This document shows positions 23,860 through 37,230 of a stretch of 64,000 nt of DNA, piece after piece. The position numbers were made by a program, and so were the translations under genes. Under the pieces are notes generated by a model. It ran no database searches, was not told the origin of the DNA, and was given only the letters and a program-made list of their open reading frames with translations. This stretch comes from the human T2T-CHM13v2.0 reference genome, Homo sapiens. Position 1 is the first letter of the stretch. The number at the start of each line of letters is the position of its first letter. The DNA is taken from NCBI RefSeq assembly GCF_009914755.1, contig NC_060925.1. One strand, 5' to 3'.

Positions 23860-24920
23860 TTCATTCCAGGAAGATTCGGTGAGCACCTGTTAAGTTCTTA
23901 TACCAAGCATTGGGGCTGCCCTAGAGCCACACGGACACAGTCTCTACTCTTAAGGAACTTAGAGGCTCCTGGGGAGAACAGGCCAGCAAATAGGCGATTA
24001 TAGATCAAAGCTGTGCTGATCGGAGGAGGAGCTGGGGGCTGTCGTGGGAATGAATGATGGGGCAGCACTCATCTTGGACTTGAGTCAGGGAAGGTGCCTG
24101 GACTGGTGCTGCCTCAGCTAAGCTTGGTAGGAGGAACTGGCATTGGGAAGGAGATTTAGATGAAATGGCATGTTCAAAGGCCCAGAGTCAAGAGGTGTGT
24201 GGATTCCAGAACCAAAAGCAGTTGAGTGTGGCTAAAGTTCAGAGAGGGACAGATTACTGATGGCAGGGAGGCTAATGGGCCAGAGGGTTCAACAGTGGAA
24301 GAGGGACAGTGTGGCCCAGCCAGAGGTGCTGATGTGGCTCAAACCAAGTTATGGGGGAGGACAGTGGGGCTGCAAGGGAAAGGATGAATTCACATCTACT
24401 TTGGATATGGAGTCATTGGGGACTTGGTTGTGGATTGGACCTGGGGGATGAAGGACAGGGAAGCATCAATTGATGCTTGGTTTTTGTTTGGGTATCTGGG
24501 GAGACAGGGCCATTCCTTGAGATGGGGCACACCAAAGCAGGAGGAGCCCTAGGGAAATTGATGTGCTCATTTGAGCTATAGTTCATGAGAATCTTTGGGA
24601 TTTGGAGCAGAGGGAGGGATGTTCAGGAGCATACACACTGCGTGAAATGACATTCTCTGGCACTGGGCAACATAGTGGCCCTGAGGTGTCCACTTGCATA
24701 GTGGGGTCAGAGCCCAGAAGGTGTCTGGGCTGGAAAGGGAGGTCAAGAATCAGGAACACAGAAGGTGTCACTGAGGGGTTGGAAATGGCTTGGGAGGGGG
24801 AGGATTGCAGAGTTGGAAGAGCAGGAAGTCCAAGTCTGCTTTGATGAACATCTTGGCACAGGAGGGACCCACTGGCTGAGAGGAGAAGAGAAGGAAAACC
24901 AGGACCCCAGGGGATTGGGG
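23860..24920 (-). mobile_element. L2 fragments
   Basis: G-rich L2 antisense features: ggcatgttcaaaggcccagag, ggacttggttgtggattgga, gccattccttgagatgggg. Confidence 0.6.
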
Positions 24921-27900
24921 ACGGTGTCCTAGAAAGGAATACCCAATGTTCTTGCCTTCTGGAGCCTCACTTTCTCGGTCTGAAAGATGGGGCAGTAGCA
25001 CCTGTTTCACACATTTGTTTTGAGGAGTAAATAAGATAGGAATTATTGTGTGAGGTCACACTATTGGCAAGGGCCAGAGCCCCTGAGTGTGTACCTCCAA
25101 CACCCAGGCTCTCGTGCAGCCCCCACTGCCTCTGATGAGGTGGCTGAGAGCAGAGGAGCAGAGGAACTCAGAGCCAGTAGAATCCGCACAGATTCTGGGC
25201 TCTGAGTTGGGGCTGAGACCCAACCTGGTATGGCGGGTGTCCCTGCCAAGTGGGGAGCACATAGAGGCTGATGGCCCCTCCCCTGGGACAGATGCCCCAG
25301 CCCCACCCTACAGCCAGCCTCTGAGACAGCCCAGCTGGGTGTGGGCTCCATATGGGCTGCAGAACTGCCCCCACCCTAGGCTGATGGAGGGTGGGCCGCT
25401 GGTGTGTGTGCGCAGGGCTGTGTGTTTCCATGTAGTCCCATATGTGTCTGTCTGTGTGGGCCTGTGTGTGTGTGTCTGTGTGTGTGTTAGGGGTTAGTGA
25501 GTGTGCTGGGCAGGTGGGGTGGTGCTTGAGGTTCTCCCTGCCGAGTGTGCACATGGCTGGGCGTGTGTGTGTGTGTGCGTGTGTGTGTGGTGGGAATGAC
25601 AGTGGATCTGCCTCCAAGTGTGCCCACACAAGTGCCGGGGCTGTGCAGTCCATGCCTGTGTGAGGTGCTGTCTCTGTCCCCACATGTGCCATGCACACCC
25701 TCCTCTCTGGGCTTGCCTGCCTGTCTTGGCACAAAGCTCTCTCCGGGAGCACCAGCACTGGTGTTCCCCTGCCAGGAGTGTCTTCTGGGCTGCTCTGCTG
25801 TCTGTCGGAGGGGAGGGGAGCAGAGGGACACTCCAGACCCTGGGATCCAGCCCAGCTTATGAGCAGGGAGGAGTGGGACCACCTCAGAGCTCTGACCGAG
25901 CTCTGCCTGGCTCAGGCCAGGGATCATTCCAGACACAGCTTCTGTCCTGCTGGGTCTCATCAGGAGAAAGGGGGCAACACCCCTGTGGCTGGGGGGCTGC
26001 AACTGGCTCTTCCCCATCAGCTTTGGAGCCCAGCAGACGCGCTCCCCTCTATGCCCACTCCCTGGGAGGCGTCTGACACATGATTTATTCATAAAAAGCC
26101 ATTATTTGTGCCAAAGAAGAACTGAGCCGCTGGCTTTTTAAGTGCTGATAATGCTTTCAGCCTCCCTGCCTCTCCTCCTCTCCCTTCCCCTCCCGTCTTC
26201 TCTCTTCTCTCTCACCTCCTTCCTATCCTTTCTCCTCCTCCCCTTTCTTCCCCTTCCCCTCCGTTCTTTCCCTTGATATTCCTTGATTGTTCTCCCCACA
26301 CCTCCTCTCCTATTTCTTTATAGACCTCCCCTCTCACGCCACTCAGCTCCTTCTCTCTACAGTGAGGCTGGGTCAGGGAGGCTCAGAATCAATTGTCCCA
26401 AACTGGGTAAGGCCTGCACTAGCCTGGAGCCCCAAGGACCCCACCCCTCCACCTCATCCTTCACCTCCAAAGGACCAGAGGAAGGTTGGGAGGAGGGGGG
26501 CCAGGCTGAGAAAAGTGGCGGGGTGAGGGGAGTCTTTGGAGGCTGTCCTGACCAGCTCCCCCTATGCTAAAGGGTGTGATTTCAGCACTCTTATTAGCAC
26601 CAGTACCCCAGACTCCCAAGTAAACATTCAGTCTTGGTAAAAACAATGCACTTGCTATACAGGTTCAAGGTAAGCCCCTTAGAATGCCTTTCTCCCCTAA
26701 AGAATGCCCCCATATAGAAATTCTGGAGTCACCATTATTGAGGTGGTGCCAGGAGAGGATGGCATCAAGGGAGGCACTTGGGCCCCATGACAGAGCATCC
26801 CCTGTTCTCAGAGAGGAGGCAGCAGAATGAGTGTGTTCACAGAGCTTGAACATGGACCCAGGAAAGGTTCTTAGAAGCAGACACCATAGACCTACATGTG
26901 TGTGGCTTCGAACGTGCACATGCACACACAGACCAGCATGTGCATAGCTGCATACTTGCTCAGGCAGATGCAGAGCCATTCCTCACCCCTTTCCAAAGCT
27001 TTCCTCCCCTGAGCACCTGCAGCAGGGGCTGGAACATTTTCCCCATTCAGACACTTGCTCATTCATTCATCCATTCATTCATTCACTCCATGAACTTTGG
27101 TTTTATGCCCCCTCTGTGCCAGCCTTTGTGCTGGGCACTGGGGAGGCAGAAATAAACATTATTGGGCCCTAGAGAGGGGGACTGGAGCAGAGAGGGCACT
27201 ACAGGCCCTCCCCTGCAGCCTTGGGCTGGGGGTTGGGGGCCCAGCAGGTGAGGGGTTAAGTCATTTGGCATCCAGAGCTGGAGCCATTAGGCCTCCTAAT
27301 TATGAAATTATCGAGGTCCTCAGGTGACTGCTAATTTCACACACACTGTTCCTCTCACGGCTAATGAATGCCCGCAGAACCCACACCTTGTCTTTCCTGC
27401 TGAACGGTGACCTGCAGTTAATGAGCTCAGGAAGGCAGACAGGCCTCCGGCTGGGTGGGTGGGGCACCAAGCCTGAGGAGGGGCCCACTCACCCCTCCTT
27501 CCCCTCCCGGCTCCCTTTGCTGGCTGCCTGCCCCAGTGAAGACTCCAGGGCCAAAGCCCAGCCCGCAGTTTCTGCAGGACAGGCTAGGCCCAGCGCTCTT
27601 GGGAACAGGGAGAGATAAAGATTTGGGAGGGCTTTGGGTCATATGATCCTGGAATGAGCGTGGGCATAGGGAGGGAGGGATGGACGAGGCAGGAGTGAGA
27701 AATGAAATGTGGATGGTGGAAGAGGACCATTTCTGCTTGATTCTTGGGCCATGTCAGGGACATTTATGAAGGGTGAGGGAGTCATGACAGCTTAAGGGGT
27801 GGGGATTTGCAGGCAGGGTACAGTCACACCCTGATGCTGGAGACGACGATGACTTTGGGGGATAGTGATGCTGATGATACTGGGGATGTCAACTGGTGAG

Positions 27901-28959
27901 GCTGCCGTGCTGCTGCTGCTGGTTGTGATTTGTAAAGTTTAAATTTTTTAAATTAAAAAAGTAACATAAAACATGTACCCTGCAAACTAAGAAGGATAAA
28001 AACAAGGGACACATACTAGTTGCAATCTTAGGTGGGGCAGTGTGGGAGCCCACGTCTAGAGGCTGTGTTCCCCCAAATGGAGGCACGTGGATCCTCTGGG
28101 CTGACCACCAGGTGGGTTTGAAGGTCCTGTGGCCTGCCCATGGGGAGAGCCCTGCCCTAGCCATGACCCACCAGCCAGGTCAATACCGTTGAGTGGCAGC
28201 ATGGTGAACGAGGACAGCAAGACAGTGAGAACCCCAGTCTGGGACATAAGCAGCCTTGTTCTAGCTTTCTCCTGCCCTGTGGCCTTGAGCCAGCTCCATT
28301 CCTTCTCTGGCCCTCTGTTTCTTGGTAAGTAAATGATAGGGTTAGACTAGAGCTGTGTGTTTCGATCTGTGTTTACAGAGAGGCAGGGCTGGGCTCCCTG
28401 AGGTCCACACTCAGCTTGCGGCAGGCACCCCGGGCCAGGGTCAGTGGAAGAATCCCAGGTTTAGTATTTGTGCACGAGGCACATTAGAAAGGTGAAGCTG
28501 CCCCTTCTCCCTCAGGACTCAGAAGGACATCCTGGATTCCCACCAGCCTGGCTGTAGGCTGTGTCTGCTGACAGCAAGTTTCCGTTCTGCCACCAGCTTG
28601 CATCTACTTCTGCACCTCAGTTTCCCACATGTCAAAGGTAGGTAATAAAGTGAGAACTCTCTTTGGATGCAACAAAAATCTCAGAAGTCCTGGCTGTCAC
28701 TGTGTGACCTGGGCCCAACCAGGCTTTTCTCACGATTCTTCCAGTTCTCTCCCCAAGTGCCCACAGGGTGTCTTTCAGGCAGCTAGCTACATGATGAGGC
28801 CAGGAAAAGTGTCTGCACTGTGGGTGTTCCCAGGGAGGGGGGAAGCATAGGGAGAGAGGAGAGTCTGCCTGTCTGCCCACAGGCTCGCCCCTGCATCCTG
28901 CCAGCCCTTGAGATGTATTATCCCATTTGACCTGCACACCAATCAGAGGAAGATGCTTT

Positions 28960-29100
28960 TATTATTTCCATTACAGATGAGAAAACTGGAGATTCAAGAG
29001 GTTAAGTGACTAGCCCAAAGTCACAGAGCCAGAAAATGGTAGAGCCAGGTCTCAAACCCAAAGCTGATGGGCCACTGACTAGGTTAAACTTTTTCTCTCC
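28960..29100 (-). mobile_element. MIR
   Basis: ttacagatgagaaaactggag...ggttaagtgactagcccaaagtcacagagc. Confidence 0.75.
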
Positions 29101-32100
29101 ATGCCAGACACAAATGGCCAGGTACACATATGCTTGTATATACGTTCACACTAAGATACAGATAGACACAGAACTTCACTAATCGCCACATCTTCCCTGT
29201 ATTTACACAAACAAGTTTGTTCTCCCCTGTGCTAAGGCAGGCAAACCCACACACCCATAGGCACAGTCAGACATGAATATATTCCTCATTCGTAGACTTG
29301 TAAAAATTCACATGTACATGCCCCCAGGCAGATGTTTGCACACAAACATACAAAGCACTTCTGCACATGCCTAAACACACGAAAGCACTATTGCATGTGC
29401 ATGCAAACACTACCTAGGAAAGTGTGCATACACACAAATTCACACTCCCACGTGCACAGATGTTAGTGTTTACCCATGCACATGCACTGACATACAAACA
29501 CAGAGTTGTACAAGAAATATCCTCAAGGGAGCATTTATACACATAGGTGCACATAGGTGTGCCTGTACAGGCACATATTCTGCACATATGAAGGAAGGCA
29601 TATGAGTACTCTCACATGTGCATGCAGGCATGCACACACTTGCACACATGCAGAGAGCACACAGGCCCGGGTACCCTGGTACAGCAAGGTGAGCAGCTTC
29701 CCTGTACCCTGGGTGTGATGGATGGACCCACATTCTAAGTGACTATCAAAGTGTCGTGGTGTGTGAGGTGCAAACACCAATTAGTGGGGCCTTTGAAAGC
29801 ATCGGCTTGTTAGAGGGGAAGCAGAAGAGGCTGGAACTGGCATAAAACATGGAGCTATTTAACTCTCACAGGGCGGGGGTGTGTGCACTGTGGAAAGGCC
29901 TTTGGGCAGAACTCCCCCCTCCATTCTGCACTTGTTACTGGAGAAGGACCCTCACGAGAGGCCTTGGCAGCCGGCTTTGATGCTCCTTGAAAGTGGGGGG
30001 TGGTGGGGGAGCCTCCTGCCAGCACTGGGCTGGCACTGAACGAGCGGGGGCTGCGCCAACTGGCGATCAATTTCATGCACATCGTAAACCTAAGTGCTTT
30101 CTGGAGAGTCGGGCAGATTGCACATAAAGTCCCCCTTCTGTCCCTAGCACACGGGTGGGCGGGTGAGGCAGAGGCTCACCCTAGCAGGCAGACCTCCACC
30201 AGGCTGCAGGAGACATGGGTAACCTGGTCCCCAGTAGGAGGTGTCCTTGGGGATGTGGGGAGCTCTCTCAGGAGGGCTGGCACTCTGGGGGCAGCTGGAG
30301 ATGTGGACAGTGCATGAATCCAGAGTCTATAGGATTCTACTACTTGTTGGCTGAATGACCCTGGGCAATTAGCTTCTCTGACCCTTAGTTTCTTCATCTG
30401 TAAAATGGGTTTATGTGGGAATTAAATGAGCTCATGTCCTTGGCATGAGGTGACACAGAGCTGCAGAACTGATGAGGACAAGTAAGGTCATATTTACATT
30501 TATTCTTATGCCCAAATTACCCAGGATCAGAGTCCCCCCATGCTCACTGCAGGGCCTTTGGCCACCACCATTCCTGGCAGGCTTTGGGCGGTATGAGTGG
30601 GGGATCTCCCAGGGGGGCATAAACCTGTCTTTCATTAGAGGAGCCCACCTATTCTTCCATTCTGTTCCTGCCCAAACTCCTAACTGCTATCCTTGAACAT
30701 GTCTGGAGAAGCCATCTCTCCCATCATGAAGTACTAATGCCAGCATGTTCTCCAAATACCCTGCCCTTTGGATGCCAAAGAGTGGTTCTGGGCTCTGCAT
30801 CAAGGCCAGGGTGGCAGGGATGGAGCAGGACCCAGTCCAGAGCTTGGATCCTCCCCCAAACCCAACTACTGCCAGCCCAGGGGTCGACCTGAATGTAGCC
30901 ATGCAGATGCCTGGGCCCCATGCTTTCTGTGGCCTGAGAAGGAAAGAGAGGTCTGCAGGGCCTTTCCTGTACTTCAAAGGCACCGGTCACACCCTCAAAG
31001 CAGGGTCTAGGCAGAGGGAAGCCTGGTTTTCGCTGGGCAGTCCAGGTCTCTGGTCACACAACAAACACTGGAACCTGAGCATAGACCGGCCCAAAGGGAG
31101 ACCAGGATTGAAGCCAGGCCCCCAAGCCCACCCCTCACAGTCCCAGCTCCAGGCCCTGGTGGCCCCTGCGGGGCCTAGGCCACCCTGACATTCACCTAAT
31201 TGTCTTCCTGCTTTGATGAGTGGATCCGCAGAGGCGCCGCCACGGATCAAATTAAATGTGAGCCAAGCCGGCAGCCCCGATGATGGGAGGGAAATACCAC
31301 ATTTACATAGCCCAGCACAGGGGCAGGGAGACCCAGGCCCAGAGTGACAGAGACCATGGACCCAGGAGGAGGCAGGGGAGGAAGACAGAGGTGGGGCTGA
31401 GGTAGGGTGGGCAGAGGCATCCTCCCCAGGGTCGCTGTCACTGTTGAATAAAGGGCAGGTGGGGAGGGAGGATCAATACAGAAAGAGGCTCTTCCCACCT
31501 CCAGGCAGGTGACTGCCTCTCTGCCAAGCCCAGCCCGTTGGCCTAGAGGTGGGAAGGTGGGGCCCAGGATGCAGCCTTGTGCCCCTCCTATACCAACTCC
31601 CATCTGGGTTTCCACACAGCTCCCTTCACCCCAGCCCAGACCCCACAGCTGGGCTGCAGCTGCCTCCCTCAGCACAGCCCTGGTGGGTGCGGCCTTGAGC
31701 TTCTCTTAGGTTCACTCGGGGACATCCTGGCTGCCTGTCCTGGGTGTGCGAGAAGGAACGGGCCCAGGAAGGGTGCGTGGGTGTTTGTGTGTGTGTGTGT
31801 GGGTGGGGGTGTTTGTGTGTGTGTATGAATGTGACAGAGTGATCATGTGTGGCACCTGTATGAGACCTTTGTGCAGGTGTGTTGGCTGTCACTAGGCCTG
31901 GGCACCTGTTGGACATTAGTGAGCTAGGTCTTCCCTCTCCTCGATGTGGAGTCAGGCCTGAAGGCTCTGGGTGGTCTGGAGGCATCCACCTGTAGACACT
32001 GAGTCTGTGTGTGGGACGTGTGTGGCACTGGTGTCCAAGTCAGAGTGATTGTGCCAATGGCCCCTCCACCCCAAAAGCATGTTCCCAGGTGCAAAGCACT

Positions 32101-32478
32101 GTCACAGCCTGCAAACTACCCTGGGAGTTAGGTATTATCCCCACTTTACAGAGAGGAAAACTGAGGCTCAGAGGGGGAAGTGGAAGCATCCTGATTCGTA
32201 CCAAGGGCACAGCTCCAACACAAACCTAGAACTGTCCCACCCAAACCCAGTCGGTCTTTGCCTGCTCTGCTGCTGCCTGTCTCTCTGAGTATGAAGGCTG
32301 GGCCTGATGGGTCCAGAGCACGCAGCACAGAGGGCTTGTGCTTAGTAGGGATTGACAAATGCTTATTCATCACTTCCTTCAACTTCCTAAACCTATTCCC
32401 TCCCGAAACACACCCTACTTTCCTCCTTTAGCCTTGCAGGCATGGACTGGACACCTCATATAGTATTTTCATCATTAA

Positions 32479-33030
<552 letters not shown>

Positions 33031-33800
33031 TGAGCACGTGCACCATGGTGTGAGAGTGAGGCCAGGGCAGGAGCAGGCAGGACCCCTTGCCCTCTGCCGG
33101 TCGCTGTGAGATGCTCCCACCAGCTCACATCATTGGCTGCTCACAACAACTCCACTACCTGAGAATTCTCAGTCCCCCATTTTTGGAATGAGCAAACTGA
33201 GGGTTGAAAATGGGAAGAGACGGCAAGTAGTACCAGGGCTGGTCCTGAGAGCCAGTAGCAGCCTCTAGATGCTGGTTCTTTCCAGAACTCCAAGGCTCAG
33301 CAAGGTGCGTCCTTTCCTTCCTGCCATCTTGGTGGGGCTGAGCACTGGGGTGGGGTGCATTCCTCTGTCTCTACCACCTGCTACTTGGCACTCCCTCACA
33401 CCAGCTTCAGGGGAGCTAGGCCCACAAAAGTGCCTGTTGGCTCCACTGAGAAGCCCTTCCCCCTCACCCACGGGGTCCAGGGCGGCTTTTACTGGGAAAA
33501 TAATTAGAAATCTAATTCTTATTTCTCCCACTCTGCTAATTGTCTGTGGACAATTTGATTGTAACAGTCGTCACTGAAGCAGAAAAACCACCTTATTTCT
33601 GCCAGACATCCTCCCTGCAATTAACACTAGCAACTGCTTTGCTCTCTTCTCACCTGCAGAGACCCAGGGCCCTGAGGTTCCCTCAACTTTCTGCCTCCCA
33701 GCTCTGGTAAGCACATCTGGGGACCAGGCGTAGCCACAGGGTGGGGGGATGGGGCAGAGGCAGGGTGGGTGTCCAGGGACCTAGAACCAAGACGACAGAA

Positions 33801-33837
<37 letters not shown>

Positions 33838-33842
33838 AGAGA
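33801..33842. repeat. (GA)n microsatellite with one interruption
   Basis: Read directly from the sequence. Confidence 0.95.
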
Positions 33843-35151
33843 AGATGAATAAATATGAATATTTGAGCATTTGGATAAAAAAGGGAGAGATGGAGGCCTA
33901 GGCCCAGTGGGCGACAGAGAGCACTGGGCCAGACCTGGGTCAAGAGAGATGTGGGGAGAAGGGAAGGCAAAGGAGGGAAGAAAGTGCCCAGTATGGGCCA
34001 GGGTGACAGGGCAGGAGCCCAGACTGTCCCTCTGCCAAGGCAGGGGACAAAACTTCTCTGAGACAAAACCAGACAGTGTGTTTAGGAGCTGGCTGTGGAG
34101 GGCTCCCCAGAGAGCCCAGCCCCCTGTGGGATGTGGCTGATTAGGAAAGGAAGGAGCTCGGGAGGAGGGGATGGGGCACGAAGGCGATGGGGGGATGGGA
34201 AGGGGGATGGATCCGGACCCAGACAAGACTGCAAATGGCAACGGCACTGAGAATGAAACAGCACAATCCTGGACTGACCTGTTGATCAAAGCTACGAGGC
34301 TCCATTCTCCGGCCGCTACCGCCCTTCCCTCGCTGGGAGCACAGCCCCTCTGGGGAGAGGGTGGTGGGTGCCCTCCACTGTTATGACCCCACTGTTACTC
34401 CTCACACATCATATCTTCAGATCCCCCAGCCCTGTCCCGGTCCCCCACTCTGCCTCATATCTCCCCTGCTGGCAGGACCCTGGCAGGGGTTCCCACATGG
34501 GTTGAGTCTTCCCTCTTAGGACACAGGGCAGGCTGAGAGCTTAGCAGTCCCCTCAGCCTCTGCTGAAGCCTGGTGCAGAGGGCAGGAGAGAGCCTGCTGA
34601 CTGTTGGCGCCAACCTGGGCACACTAGTGCCTGCTGCTCTCAGATGCCTGGCTCAAGGCATCTTCCCCAGGGCACCTGCAGGTGCCATGGGATGACTCGC
34701 TGCATGTTCTGTGAAGGGGGCAGGTGTGGGCAGCTCAGCTCAGCTCATAGAGGAGCCCTGAGCAGCGTCCCCTGCCTTCACCCCAGGGCTGCGCATGCCT
34801 GGTGAGGGCTCTGACCCAGCCTTTTCTCCCCTAGCTCAGAGTCTTGTGGGGAGAGTGGAGGGAGAGTGTGGGGGCTGGCAGCTAAGTGGAGGGGCCTGGG
34901 GCCTGCAGAGGGGTGATGGAGTGAGAGAAAGAGAAAGGGGAGCTTCATCCCAGAGCCTCCTCTGTCTCTTCTTCCCTCTGCCGTCTCTCAGCCCTCCCCG
35001 CTCCTCACTCCCAGTCTTGTCAGGGGAGGATGGGGTGCCAGGGGCTCCTGTCAGTCTGGAGCTGGAGAGCTCCCCGGGCTTCATTAACATGCAAATTAGC
35101 AAGTTCTGACTGGCTGTGGCAGCGACAGGCAGCCACCCCTCCCAGCCCCAG

Positions 35152-35153
<2 letters not shown>

Positions 35154-35201
<48 letters not shown>
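35154..35201. repeat. (GT)24 microsatellite
   Basis: Perfect dinucleotide run, read directly. Confidence 0.95.
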
Positions 35202-35202
<1 letters not shown>

Positions 35203-36668
35203 TCCTCTGCGGCAGGGCTGGATGGAAGTGGGGGAGCAGCTCTCATTGCCCTGGTCTCCACAGACAGCAGTGCATGTGTGTCTAACATACATACACACAC
35301 TTATACACTCATACCTACAGAAAGACACATAATACACAGCTACATACAGCCACACATCACACAGTCTTAGGGACATTCATGGACACACAGTTACGCGTAT
35401 AGCGTCACACACACAACTTCACACACAGTGGTCACACCCTAAACTGTCTCAAATAGGCATACCCTTTCCAAACACACTATTTTTCACACCCTCACCACAA
35501 CCCTGCCGAGGAACAAACCCACAAACACACCACCCCCTACACAGCCACACACATACACACATAATCTCAGTTACACAAAATCACACACAGGCACAGTCCA
35601 GGGAGAGAGCGGGGCTGAGGCTCCACACTCAGCCTGGGAGAGCAACTGCCTCCACCTGGACGCCCTCCATGCCCACCTCACCCACCTTCCCTCCACCTGA
35701 ACTGGCCAAGATCAGCCTGTGTCTCCCCCGGTCAGCTCTCAAGGTTGAATACTGTCTGGCCCCTCTGCCTCGATGCACCCTGAACTCCCTCACCCGGTCC
35801 ACTTGCACTGTCTTCCAGCCATCACCTCTCCTGGCTGCCTGCCCTCACCCTCTATCCGTGGGGCTGGGCCCCTGCTCCGGCCGCCCAGGCTTCCCTTGAG
35901 AGTGGCCCTGGTCACGCTGCATTGAAATTGCCCGTTGATGTGTCTGCCTCCATCAGGATGGGAGCTCCAGGAGGACAGGACCGGCGTCAGTCAGTCTTGT
36001 TTATGGCTCTGTCCCAGCGCTCAGCTCACTCTGACCTGTCCGTGCTATTTCCGCAGCAGATGGAGCGAGGGCCAGCAGTGTTAACAACGGGAATGGCTAA
36101 GATTTTTACATGGCATTCGCTCTGTGCTGGGCCATATACACAACAGCCCTACGAGAGAGTTTCTACTATTCACCACCCCATTGTCACAGTCAAGGAAACT
36201 AAGGCACAGAGGGCTTAAGGTGCCTGAGCAAGATCACCCAGCCAGAACTGCGGTCTGAACTCTGGTTCCCCAGCTCAGAATAGCCCTGTACATGCTCTTC
36301 CCAGGACTCTAGGCAGAGATGTGGGGTGTTGAGGGCGGTCACAGGGGGCCAGAAACATTCCTTGGCGAGGGGAAGAGCAGCAGGAGGAGATTTCAGTTCC
36401 CAGGAATAGACGGAGGACACTAGATCTCTGAGAGGAAGGTCTGTGGTCACTCACCACCTGCACGGAGGCCCTGGGCCATGGGATCCTGGGACATCAGGGT
36501 TGGGGAGATCGAGCAGGACATCCATTTTAGAGAGGGGTTGACTGACGCCAGAGAGGTCCTAAATCACACTTGCCTTCCATTTCTCGAATATCTGTAAAGT
36601 GTGCCAAGCACACTTGTTTATCTACTTTAACCCTTGAGACAGCCCAGTGAGGTTGGCACAATAGTTAG

Positions 36669-37230
<562 letters not shown>

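Noticed and set aside
19674-29473. FOXO sites GTAAACA/TGTTTAC (19674, 26620, 28370, 29467) as autoregulation
   Set aside because: A 7-mer is expected roughly 8 times on both strands of 64 kb, so there is no enrichment.
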